A DNA stretch of 62,363 bases, filler included. It is 10 parts of 10 records of this genome, joined end to end, with 100 filler letters (N's around TTAATTAATTAA, not from the genome) between each part and the next. Parts side by side here need not be neighbours in the genome. Positions count along the whole stretch, not along the records: positions 1 to 9,427 come from SRR7504441_5633; positions 9,528 to 13,993 come from SRR7504441_5634; 8 more parts are not named here. One strand, given 5' to 3'. Below are positions 1 to 11,001 of the stretch, one piece after another (the first letter of the stretch is position 1; the number at the start of each line of letters is the position of its first letter). Position numbers and translations under genes: made by a program. The notes under the pieces are model-generated. The model did not search any database and was not told the DNA's origin. It saw only the letters and a list, made by a program, of their open reading frames with translations.

Positions 1-105
1 AGCTGCGTGGCTCAGCTGCGTGCCGTTGCCGTTGAAACAAAGCGTTTGCTTCGAGGAAGGCTTTCGCGTCGCGTCGGCGGCTGATCAGCGGGAGCGGAGA
101 ACACA

Positions 106-2320
106 ATGCCGAAGCCGCGCCAGTTCGTCGTTAGCGTGAGTTGCCCCCTCGGCCACGCTAGGTGCTGACCGGGCTGTGGGTGTGTTTTGCAGCCCATCGA
201 TGACAAGATGCGGCAAATCAGTGCCCGGGTGGTGGTCGACATCGCCAAGCCAGGTGGCGTTCCGTGTGCTGCCGCTGAGCTTGGCACCGCTGCAGGCGTG
301 TCGTTGCTGCACCCCGAGACAGAGAAGAAGATCCAGTTCTATCCCTTCACCCACATTCAGAGCTGGCTCTCCTCGAAGCAGGCCTTCGGGCTGCAGGTCG
401 CAGCGGCTGCCCCAACTGGGCCAGCTTACCGGGGCGCGACCCAGGTGCTCGACAGCAAACAGGAAGTCCAGACCCTGTGGTTCCGCACCAAGGAATCTGA
501 AAACATCATCCAAGCTCTCAAGGCAGGGAGGCCTGCTGCGCGCACTGTAATCACAGACCACAGGGGTGTGTCGACGAGATTCTGCTCGATCGCAGGAAGA
601 GCGCCACATCCAAAAAGATAGCAGAAGGAGTGGTGCGTGCAAATGTCCGGCCCACCCAGTGACATGCTTTGCTGCTGTAGATACACCAATTCCTGGAGAA
701 GTCTGCTGCTGAGCGTTCTGACGACCTGCGCATGATCGTTGCTGAAGCCACCTCTGATGGGGTCAGCTGCCCATGCGCTGCGTACTAATACGGTCGGGGT
801 CAGAATGAGGAGAAGCAGCGCAATGCTGTCTGGACGCTCTCGTTGCTCACTGGGGTATCGGGTACTCACAGCCCCCTGCTGTGGGTCACTGACCATCTGG
901 ATCGGTGCTTAGACACGTGCAAGTCCGAGATACTGTCGGCGGGCCATCTGGAGGCCACTTTGGTGCTGGTGCGCTCCCAGGATCCCAAGCTCCAGTGCCA
1001 TCTTGCCGGTCACTTGCCTACGAGCCAGTGGAGATGGCCTTCTGAGCGATGTCGACAGGTATGATTGCCAACTGTGCCCAGCTGGACGAGCTGCGTCTGC
1101 CAATTTGTGAGATGGGTGCGGTGAGTTAATGCTGGCTCCTGCGGTGCACGCTGATCAGTTGTGGATATCAGGTCAGACCCTTGATAACTTTGGCACAGTC
1201 TGGTACTCCAGAGGTGACCCGGCTTTGCACAGTTGTACGATCCATTGACTCGCAGGTTTCTCGAGTGGCTGTTGCAGCTCTCGCTATCATGTCTGCCAAT
1301 CCCACTGTGAGGGAGGACTTGGCCAAGCGAGGCACAATGCAGGCAAACAAACCTGAATCACTCCCCAGTTGACTGTGGCGGCAGCTCTTCGCCTCAATGA
1401 TGCTTACAAATGATGATGCGCTGCTTCAACGCAGCGCCTTGGCAGGATTTTCTGCCCTGGCATGTGATGGACGATTCCACGGTGCGCCTTTGCACCCTGT
1501 CGGTTCTGTTGACTGCCGTGGACTGCAGAGCTGCTGGTCGGCGAGGGCTCGATCAAGTCTCTGGTTCAGCTAGCCAAAGCAGTGTGCGATGTGCCGGGCA
1601 AGACTGCAGAGCTACTCTCAGCCCAGGTGCAACCATAAAGCAGGTGTCATAGGTGTTGTAACCTGCTTGCCCAGGTATCAGAGACGATGTTCATGCTCTC
1701 ATTCAAGGATGAAATGAAGTACGACCTGATTCAGCATGGTGGAATCCCAGTTCTGGGAGTGGTCAGTTGCAGCCATGTCGCCCGAATTTATTGCGTTGTG
1801 TCAGATGCTCAATCGTAACGAGAAGCGTACTCAGAAGTTCGTGGTGGGGGCAATGCAAAATCTTCTAGGCGCAACGGGGAATGAGAGCACAGCAGTCGGT
1901 GCTGAGTCTGAGAAGCTTGAGCTGGAGAACGAATGCGAGGAGCTTCGGCAGAATTTGGGTTCATTGACGGAAGAGGTATTCGTCTCTGCCTGAGCTCTCC
2001 GCTTAGCGTTGATGCAGGTTGAAGAGCTCAGGGCAGCTGCCGCACAGAGCATTGACCGGGAAGTAGCAGCCGAGCAGGTCGCCCAGGCTGCAGGCTAGCT
2101 CTCTTGACTGCCAGTTTCCAGGCCGAGGCAATCCGTATGATGGCATCTGTGGCTAGAGACATTGGCTCGCAATTTTATGATGAAGGGGATGAATCGTTTG
2201 ATCAGGTCGCGAAGCCACGCTGTCCGCCCGTCAACTGATGTTGCAATGTTGCAGGTAATTACTCAGGGGGAGGAAGCTCTGGAGCATCTAGAGCAATTGA
2301 TAGCTAACCAAGGACAATAG
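106..2320 (+). CDS. PH/FERM-C-like domain + armadillo-repeat + coiled-coil protein (17 introns)
   Basis: Manual splicing of 17 introns (41-57 nt; 15 GT-AG, 2 GC-AG) gives one open frame from ATG 106 to TAG 2320. The N-terminus (GVSLLHPETEKKIQFYPFTHIQSW) looks like FERM-C/PH, followed by ARM-like repeats (GAVRPLITLAQSG, GGIPVLGVMLN). Confidence 0.75.
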
Positions 2321-2856
2321 GCATCACATCCATGGGTGCAGTGAGGGCCAGAAAGTGCTGACTTGTCACTCTTTCACGTATCTTTCACGTGCGGGACGCC
2401 AAACCTTGTGCTAAACTAACCTGACCCGCGATTGCAATCAGTCACTGTGCGGTCACGGAGTAGCACTGGCAGTCAGCTGAGTTTAGGACGAGTAGGATGT
2501 AGTAGGAATGACATTGTGGTGGCTCAAATTGTGGATAGATTAACCTAATTATTGATTTGACCAAATGAATACCCTCAATCTTGTACATGTAATCCTCAAT
2601 CAAAATTGATGGCCATCTCGCACCCTTCGTTCGTCCCACGGTTGCTAAAGTCTTCATGACTTTAGTCTGCCTTTAGTCTTTCAGTAGCCTTTTACTAGTA
2701 AACACCCGCGCCGTTCGTTCGTCCGGCTCACATTAAGTTTTGACCAAGTTATCAGTGACTATTTCACTCCTGGCAACTCCTCATTCGGACACGAGCCCGA
2801 GCCCGAATCTTTGACCGTTCGTTCACGAGTCGGGCGATTGCAGCCACCCCACCACG

Positions 2857-3357
2857 TCATCTTGACTCGCTTAAGCTTACTGCGATTGAACAGGCCTTGA
2901 AAGCTTCGAGCTCCTTGTTGCACTGCAGCAGATCCCCTGACGCGGCTGGCATACCGGAGGTCACACTCCAGCACTCAGGCGCAGGCTACCGAAGCATCTC
3001 ATGCACGCGTCCTTCTCGGCAGTGCACTTGTACGGGCCTTCCTTTGGCCTAGCACAGCCCTAACACCACCGGCGGATGGGTGCTGACCTGAAGCAATGCG
3101 CCTCTATTGATTCGACGAGGCGGTTCACTTCGTCCGGGCTCGCCGCAGCGAATTGGCGGGCCTCCTCCGCGTCCACCTGTCACCGGGTCTATCGGACTAG
3201 CGCCGAAACTCACCTCCGCGAAGTGCGCCTGCAGCGCCCGCTGCTCTAATAGCTTCATGTGCCGGACGCTGACCGAGGCCAGCTCGTTGGCCAGGCTGGG
3301 CGTGATTTCCACGCTGTGGCTGAACTCAGCTCGACAGGTCGAGACCGAGAGCCCCAT
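2857..3357 (-). CDS. Twin CX9C (CHCH) mitochondrial protein, MIC19/CHCHD3-like
   Basis: The spliced product starts MGLS (possible myristoylation) and ends CTAEKDACMRC..DLLQCNKELEAFKAC, i.e. two CX9C motifs. Short GT-AG introns. Confidence 0.6.
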
Positions 3358-3458
3358 CCTATATAGTCCGGAGGGCGGCCTTTTGCCTCGGCGCAACCAA
3401 TCCGTCCGTTGCCGAACGGACTCCTCTCTCGACTCGGCGGCCGCAGTCACTCACACTC
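3358..3458. promoter_or_regulatory. Putative bidirectional promoter
   Basis: 101 nt between divergent ATGs (3357 and 3459); contains TATATAG and CCAAT words. Confidence 0.4.
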
Positions 3459-4294
3459 ATGGAGGAGTACCAGCTCCCGCAGGCTTCGGTGCTCAAGGCT
3501 GTCAAGGTACCGTGCCGCTCAGGCGCCGCATCACACGGCTTTTGCGCAGAACGGGCTGCCAGCCGGGACCGTGGTGAGCAAGGAGGCTAAGAATGTGCCC
3601 GCTGCCCGGCCCGCCAGCACCCGAGCCCGGCGGTCGCAGGCTTTCAGCGCTGCTGGCACGGTGTCGGTTTTCTGGCTGATCAACAGGTGCGCCCCGCCGG
3701 CCGCTCTGGTGACGCCGCTGACTGGTTCCGAGCAGCGCCAACGACCTTTGCAAGGAGAAGCGCAAGTCCACAGTACGTCCTCCCAGCCTGCTGGCTCGCC
3801 GGTGGTGACCTGGCCTGGCTGGCAGGTGATGCCCGAGCACGTGATCCAGGCAGTGTCGCGTGACGCAGGCTTTGTGGCTCAAACCGTAGAACGCTTTTCC
3901 GAAGGTCGGCTAGCGTGCTACAGCAGCCGATCGACCGTCGTGCCTGTATGCAGCACTGAAGAAGGAGAAGGAGCTGAAGAAGCCTGTCGGGAACGCCACT
4001 CAAGATGACGACGAAGAGGATGCCGTCAAAGCCATTACAAATGAGGTTAGACTGCAGCTTTGCAACTGATTTGTGAGGCTGACCCCAGGAAAGTGTGCAA
4101 ATACTGCCACCACAGCCAGATGCGGAGGGTCAAGTGGAACTGGGTATGCTAATAGACTCCAAGCCCGGTTACTTGCAAATGCGAAGCAAAATACCACAGG
4201 TGAAGAGGAGGAGCCATCAGCCAAGCGAGCCAAGATTGAGGAGGAGGCACCCGCCGAGGCAATCGCACAGAGGTGCGTTACCAGCCGTGCTTAG
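3459..4294 (+). CDS. POLE3: H2B-like histone-fold protein, DNA polymerase epsilon subunit 3/CHRAC17 (Dpb4)-like; 3' end approximate
   Basis: Spliced: MEEYQLPQASVLKAVKNGLPAGTVVSKEAKNAFSAAGTVSVFWLINSANDLCKEKRKSTVMPEHVIQA, then an acidic tail with an NLS-like PSAKRAK. This matches the NF-YB/POLE3 histone fold. Confidence 0.7.
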
Positions 4295-4763
4295 AAACGT
4301 GCCGTGCTCATAAATTTCGCACTGCAGTACCGCTCAGGAGGCTCTTCCCACACAAGAAGACGCCGTGCCTGCAGAATGATGCTACTGTATCAAGTGTGAG
4401 CGGCAGGGTGGGACATGAATGGCTTGTCCGGCAGTCTATAGACATATCATAATGTTTGGGCTCCGTCAATACCATCCCCGCAACCAGCATAGAGAGAGAG
4501 ATAGGATCGATGACTTGAAAAGATCATGCTCGTATGTTCGAGAAAAATTATGCATAATGATTTTATAATGATTTGTAATTACGTTACTATTGTCGCGTCC
4601 GACTAGATATTGAGTTAGTAATTATTTTTAATTTGCAACACATGCATTGCTATACTGATTAGCATGACCATGAAACTGTAGTGTAGCAGTTCCCATGATG
4701 CTAGTAGTATTCGGGTCCAGGGTACATGAAGGTGAAAGGTTAAGATTAAGGCCAAATGTTGTG

Positions 4764-5059
4764 TCATAACTCGGACCGGACCAGAAATTGAAGAAACGAG
4801 ACTGTATTGGTGTCCTCCAAGTCTTGACGGAAACGGTTGTTATTATGAATGAACTTGAAACCCTCTGCCCCGAACATGGCTGTGAGGTAATCACGCATCG
4901 CTGGGTATTTACGATCGCCGCAAGGCCTGTCCACGTCCAAGCCTGGTTTGCTTGCCCAGCTGGCTGAGCGGGCTTGTGGTCGCCGGCCGGTATCGTGGTG
5001 TAGCCTGACTCGGTGTCGTTCAACAGGTTCTCGCTCAATTCCACGTTTGCAGTCGCCAT
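4764..5059 (-). CDS. Small hypothetical protein (structure uncertain)
   Basis: ATG 5059 is divergent from the next gene. Two overlapping ORFs can be joined by a short GC-AG intron, and an AT-rich spacer follows. No recognisable domain. Confidence 0.3.
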
Positions 5060-5203
5060 ACAATTGTTCCGCGCGCGGGGCCTCCAACCGCGGTGCAGGT
5101 CAGACCGGCTTTTGCTGTTCCGTTAGCCCACCCAAAGCGGTAAAAACAGGTGGAATAAAATATTATAAGGCGCGGCCGGTCGGACCTGCACCTGGTCGGG
5201 CGC

Positions 5204-8200
5204 ATGCAGAGGCGGTCTGGCGCGCGCGCGCGCTGGGCCGGTCTGGCGGCCGCCGCTGCGCTGGTCACGGTGGTCCTGGTGGTGTCAGGTGGCCGGATGT
5301 ACCCGGTGAGGGCGGGGGGCTGGGTGTCGGGCCGCCCGATCACAGTGCTGATAGCGCTCGAGCAGCCTGACCCGCTGTTCCTCCAGAGCTGCCTCCGGGC
5401 GCTGGCGGCCGACCTGGGCCCCGGCCGGATCAGCCAGCTGCTGCTCTACGACATGGTCAAGGGCTCCGAGCAGCGCGGTGCCAGGATACGCCGGGTGCTG
5501 CAACGGTTCCCGAGCTTGCCCCGTGCATACGTGCAGCCGGCCGAGTCTTGGAGCTGGGCGATCAGCGACGCCATTGCGCGCTGCGACCAGCCGGCGATGC
5601 TCACGCTAGTTGACGCGGTCGAGGTTCAGGCCGGCGCAGTGACGGCGTTAGAAGCGCTGCTGCACCGCTCGCCGGACTCGCCGCTGGTGGCTGGCACTCT
5701 GCAGGACATGAACCGGAACATCCACCACAAGGGCTACTCGATCGAGCTGCACGGCGAGTCAGCTGCGCAGCCGTGGATGGCGAGCCAAATGCACGAGAAC
5801 CTGCTGCTCCCAGTGGCACAATGCCGGGGGATGCCAGCCTCGGACCCACGGGCGCGCCGACTGGATCATGCTGCTGGCTCGAGTCTGGAGCTGGCGCTGG
5901 TCCAGGTGGCCCGTGCCAAGCAGGGACTCAAACAAAGGCTCTCACAAGACGTGCTCGGTCCTGAGTTGACGCAGATCATGCTCTCATTGGCTGCACGCGA
6001 CAGCCACACAGCCAGGGCCAACCAAACAGCGCAGCCTCCGGTGACTGACGAGCTTAAGCCAGGACAGCTCTACTCAGCTCGCGCATCCAATCGAGAGAAG
6101 CTCCGGCTGCAGCACGCCGGCCCATCGGAGCTGAGCATCTCTCAGACCCGACTGAGCCCAATCCCAATATCCAGAGAACCCCTCGGCACCATGATGACAG
6201 CTGCAGTACCAGAGCTGCAACTCACTCTAGATAGCACCAAAGAGTTCACCCAACGATGGAGCCGAGAACGGCTTGAGCCATTGCAAGCTGGTGTAAATCA
6301 AACCCGCCAGAACGTGACATTGGTGTGGGACCTCGAGTGCTCGGATGATGATGCCACAGCAGAGTCGATCGCCTGGGTAGCTGCTTTGGAACAAGAGAAA
6401 CAAGTGAGCTGCTTACAAGTGCATGTCAGCAACATGGATGAGTGCAAGAAGTCATTGAGGAATGCTGGCCATGCGCCATGGGTTGTTGCATTGGTGACGC
6501 GGCTCGCTACTCTGCACACATGCAACAAAGATCACCCAAGAATACTGGTGTGCTTGTGTGCGTTAGTCTAATCATTTCGACTTGGCTCAGGTGATTGGAC
6601 GTGAGCCACACACATTCGAGAGTGTGAAGCAGCAGGTCCAAACACAACGTAACGCGTGCTGAATTGGTGCAGGTACAAACGTCAACTGAAGGAAGTCTGG
6701 CTTACAGCATTGGTCGCACCACCTCCTCCTCCGACTCATTGCAGGCCGCATGGGTCAAACCTTGCAACACCCAAGTCGATGAGCTCTGGCTGCCAACGCA
6801 GTTTCACGTGGCTGCTTTTGCTGGTTCAGGTAACAATCTTGCGCCAAAATCAAGTGTAGTAGTAGTATACACATCTGGTTTGTCACAAGGCCATCATGCT
6901 GCCAGGTGTAAACTCCTCACGAATCCACATAATGCCTCCAGTACTTGAGCTTGGCGACTACGAATCTCGGATTGTGGTATGTTACATCCATTGAGCCATG
7001 GATTTAGAATTGATGTCGCAAGAGGTCTGAATTTGTGTTGCAATGCCTAGGGCCAGCCGATGTTTGATATGCCACACAAACGAAGCTTCAACTTGCTTGC
7101 AACAGGAGCCTGGGCAAGAGGTCAACCGGGACTGGAGGAACTGTTGCTAGCTTACTTTAGAGCATTTGACAGCTGGGACGATGCGGCACTGTTCCTTGAG
7201 GTGGAGCCAGCAAGTCGGCAAGATGTCTTGGATCAAGCCATGCAAGCGTGGCGGAAAAGTGGCAAGGTATTGTGCAGTCACACTTTTTTCACTGAGTCCT
7301 ATCCAACGCTTTGACCAGCATGGGTGTTTCAGGTAGGAGTGCCACCAGCATTGGAACTCTTGGGCGAACTACATTGGAAGGCCCAGCCACAACTATTCCA
7401 GCAAGTGGATGCTCTCGTTGTAGCTCGTGATCGTGTTGGTTGGGGACTGTCTATCATTCAAGCGATGGCTCTCGGACTTCCAGTCATAGCCACCAACTGG
7501 TCAGGAGTTCCAGAATATATTTCCTCCCTGAATGGATATCCAGTTGCTGTGGAACGGCTGGTGCGACAGCCTGTTGTCTCTACCAGCTTTGCTCTGAACA
7601 TGCCTGAACAGGGAAATGTTTCCAAGGGGGGTGATATGCAACATTGGGCTGTTCCAAACATCACCCAACTGGGAGCGCTCATGCGACATAGCTTTCTGCA
7701 GCAGCATGAAGCTAGGTACCGTCTAGATCTGGGCAGTGCGCTTCAAAGCCGAGCTGAGAGGGTGACCAGGTTGCTGGGCGAGCAAGGGCGGGCTACAGCC
7801 TTGAGACAATTCAGTGCTCAAAGAATGGCCAGCAGGCTGGTCAAACAGCTAGAGGTTTGTTCAACTTGCGCCCTTAAAGATGCCATAATATCTATTTATC
7901 TTCTTGGGTTTTGCAGCGAATACTAGGCGAGCTGAAGCGACGGCGGGAGGAAGAGCACGCCATTGCAGAGCATGAAGAGGCGATAATGAAACAGAAGCAG
8001 GTTGTGCCTGTTTTAATTGCCACTGTACAATCTCTGATTTATCTGTCTTTCTCAGGCAGCTCAAGCTGAATGGGAAAAGCATCATGTTGCAATCAAGATC
8101 GTAGATTGGAAGCCCAGCCCGGTAAATTGGCTGTGGACACCGAAGATGTTAACAAGTGATTGTGCCACAGGCACCAAGTGCACAGCCAACCTGGCTCTGG

Positions 8201-9063
8201 CAAGCAACAACTCCTCTTGTATCTGGTGGATACGCTGGGAGCTATGGCAGCACTTCCTCCGAGATTAAACGTGCTGTTGCCAAACGAGCACCTCGGGCGC
8301 CAGTCGCGCCATTGTGGGCTGTTCCACCTGACTTGGACAGTCGTTTGAAGAAGTTGCTCTCGTTGGATGGAGAGTGTGTGAGTTCTACTGTTGGAGAATA
8401 TGTCTATGAGGTCGGTGCACACTATGCGCTTTAGCAGTTAAACGGAGGTGAGTGTGCTCCAGGTATGCCTCTTTCGCAACGTGACACAAACTTCCACACG
8501 ATGGCATGCTCAGCACTCGTTAGGAATCTGGGATAAGTGGCTGGAGTCAGGAGCTGGGCAGTCCCCATTGCAACTGTTCACAGATGGGGATACTTGTGCG
8601 GCGCGAGATAGGGAAACACGAGTTGATGTTAACTGTGGATTGACAGCTCAGCTGCGTGATGTCACTGAACCATCACCATGCTCCTACAAAATGGTGTTAG
8701 ACATACCAGCAATGTGCGAGACAGATTCTTCGAGTAAGTTTCCATGCGTTTTAACAAGGTTAAGGATGTTGCTTGTTGACAGGTTCAACTAAGCAAGTTT
8801 CAAAAGACGCAATGCAAGTTCTTGCCAATGATCTTGGAAACACGCTCACGTTGAACCGAAACGTTAACCGCTCAAGCAATGCAAGTGTAAACTTAGTAGA
8901 CTACGCAAACATCACAGTTCCGTCAACTATTTCACGAGGGGATGCCCATGTGGAGAAGCAACACTCCCTGAGGTTTTGGCACCAAGAGAGCGTTGAGAGC
9001 ATCAAGAATTGGATTGTTTTACCGTATGTGTACAAAAATTTCAGTGCTCAAGCCACAAAATAG
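5204..9063 (+). CDS. Type II membrane glycosyltransferase (GT2-like + GT4/GT-B) with C-terminal MRH/PRKCSH-type domain
   Basis: N-terminal TM anchor; GT-A-like region (SPLVAGTLQD..HHKG); GT4 motif GWGLSIIQAMALGLPVIATNWSGVPEY; MRH motif CVSSTVGEYVYEVCLFRNVTQ..GDTC..RETRVDVNC..VTEPSPCSY. In-frame linking introns at 7855-7916, 8001-8055 and 8122-8170. Confidence 0.75.
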
Positions 9064-9427
9064 AGAGATGTCATGCTCCGCACAATTCATGTCCACCAAG
9101 ATAATTATAAATCGTTTATCAAGGGTTGGCTATCAATCGTTCCTTGAACTTCATTGATCAATCGTTCCTCGGAAAAATGTAATGATCAAAAAAGTCAATA
9201 AAGAAGGGAGCGGTGCGGCCGTGCTCGGACACGCGTGTATCGACCACCGGTTGAACGGTTTCGGCAAGACGCAGCACCTACTTGCTCAATGTGTAATGAG
9301 CCAGTGCGTTGAGTCCAAGTAACTTGTATGTCTAACCTTAGTTCAACCTTTTATGCCCACTTTGCTATGGTCGTCTCCCAAGTCGAGGCCCACGGATCAG
9401 CGCCGCCAGCCCGGCCGCCTGCCGCCC

Positions 9428-9527
9428 NNNNNNNNNNNNNNNNNNNNNNNNNNNNNNNNNNNNNNNNNNNNTTAATTAATTAANNNNNNNNNNNNNNNNN
9501 NNNNNNNNNNNNNNNNNNNNNNNNNNN
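9428..9527. other. Artificial contig spacer
   Basis: 44 N + TTAATTAATTAA (stops in all frames) + 44 N. Confidence 0.97.
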
Positions 9528-9543
9528 GTCCGAACCATCGGCG

Positions 9544-11001
9544 ATGCAGGTCGACTCTGCGGAGGACAAGCCAAAGCCAGTGCTCGCGGGGGTGAACACC
9601 ACCGAGCTGGAGGCCATGCTATCGTCGCAGATACGCCCCAAGCGCCCCGGCTGGACGGTGGAACACGGAGCTGGCGGTTTCTGGTTCTGGCACTGCCAGC
9701 GGCTCTGGCGGCCGTATGGCCTTGCTGAGTCCGCTCAGATCGAGGCGGCCTTCGCGGCCGGGGCCAAGAGCCAGCTGCTCGACAGTTCCGTGCAGCCGGC
9801 GGTGTATCGTGTCGACCTGGAGAAGATGCTACAGGTGCGCCTGGAGGACTCGGAACGGACCCGTACCATCGCGAGGAAGGTGCTGGCGCCAGGCCTAGCC
9901 GAGGCCTACCCTTGCCCAGTGCCGCTAGACTGGGAGGAGATGTGGACGTTGGGTCGCGAGCACGGGCACCTCACCCAGCTGGAGATAGCCAGCTGCCAGC
10001 TGTCCAGCGAGCTCACCGCAGCGGCTCTGGCCGCATATGAACTGGATGCCAGCTCAGCCAGCCAGCAGGAGGCCAGCTGCTCCGAGAATAACTGCAGCAG
10101 CGCTGCGCCCGAGGCAGGGCGCCTTTGCGAGCACCTTAGCTTCAGAGCGAGTTCCAGCCCTGAGACGCTCCGTGCGTCGATCTATTCGAGCGCTAGAGAT
10201 CTTTTCCCAGCGGCAAGGGCGCAGGAAGTGGCAGCCGATGGGGGAGCCACATCTGTGGCCTGCGATCTCTTCGCCGAGCGAGAGAGGCGAATTGGGCTGA
10301 TGGTAGCTGCCAACAGCGGCCGGCCAGCTGGGGCGTGTGGGCTGTGTGGGAAGGTGCAGAAGATCCATCCAGGTCATGGGACTCAGGAGGAGGATATAGT
10401 CAGCAACTGGTTGAGCACCACTGTCGGAACGGCCAGGGAGACTCAAGACCGGTTATATTGTCGCACAATCGATCGGCAATGGGGCATGTGCAGTGTCAAC
10501 TCAAAGAGCCCTCGCACCATCCAAAGGGTCGACTACACCAGGGCGGACCAGGCCCAGCTTTTTGGCGATGCCTGGGTGGTCCCAGCTACACACGTGCAAG
10601 TGTGCCGCAAACGGCAGGGCCCGCCCCCCTCGTTTCAGCTCGAGGATCGGTGCCCCGTCACATTAGTATTCTGTGCTGGTCCGAACGCGGGGTGTCGCCA
10701 AAGCCCGACTGGCTCGACGACTAGGACATTCTGCACAGCGGCAGTAGCCGACTATGCGCTGTTCAAGTCGTGCGTGGCTGCGGCAGTTCGAACAGGGTTG
10801 GATGCAATGGTCAAGGCGGGGTGTACTGTCGCATTGGTGGCTCGTTTGTCGTGTGGTATTTACGGCGGGCCGCACCAGAGGCAGATCAGTGAGGAGTTTA
10901 GTGCGATGGTGGATCAGATCCTACAAGAAGAGGTGCTGCATGGGCGGACTCGCGGGTCATTCTTTGAGCGTGTGCTGATCCCGATGCTGCGGCATGTATA
11001 G
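9544..11001 (+). CDS. WWE domain + microbial-type PARG-like macrodomain protein (intronless; may be 5'-incomplete)
   Basis: WWE: WFW..WRPY..SAQIEAAF..YRVDLEKMLQVR..TRTIAR. Macrodomain/PARG: AANSGRPAGACG..GTQEED, LVFCAGPN, ARLSCGIYGG. Confidence 0.7.
   Translation: MQVDSAEDKPKPVLAGVNTTELEAMLSSQIRPKRPGWTVEHGAGGFWFWHCQRLWRPYGLAESAQIEAAFAAGAKSQLLDSSVQPAVYRVDLEKMLQVRLEDSERTRTIARKVLAPGLAEAYPCPVPLDWEEMWTLGREHGHLTQLEIASCQLSSELTAAALAAYELDASSASQQEASCSENNCSSAAPEAGRLCEHLSFRASSSPETLRASIYSSARDLFPAARAQEVAADGGATSVACDLFAERERRIGLMVAANSGRPAGACGLCGKVQKIHPGHGTQEEDIVSNWLSTTVGTARETQDRLYCRTIDRQWGMCSVNSKSPRTIQRVDYTRADQAQLFGDAWVVPATHVQVCRKRQGPPPSFQLEDRCPVTLVFCAGPNAGCRQSPTGSTTRTFCTAAVADYALFKSCVAAAVRTGLDAMVKAGCTVALVARLSCGIYGGPHQRQISEEFSAMVDQILQEEVLHGRTRGSFFERVLIPMLRHV

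Noticed and set aside
136-2254. Introner-type mobile introns
   Set aside because: The introns share length but show no shared sequence or terminal repeats that I can see.
2687-2695. GCCTTTTAC, identical to U5 snRNA loop I
   Set aside because: The flanks cannot form the U5 stem around the loop, and there is no convincing Sm site or downstream structure.
9285-9330. U1-like words on the minus strand (TTACTTGGAC; CATTACAC loop)
   Set aside because: Both mismatch U1 (ACTTACCTG, ATTGCAC), and the 70K-binding stem-loop I is absent.
9472-9483. TTAATTAATTAA recurring nine times between N runs, as a biological repeat
   Set aside because: The identical 100-nt N-flanked cassette is an artificial contig linker. 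ORF-track proteins ending in X..LIN are artefacts, and synteny across linkers is meaningless.
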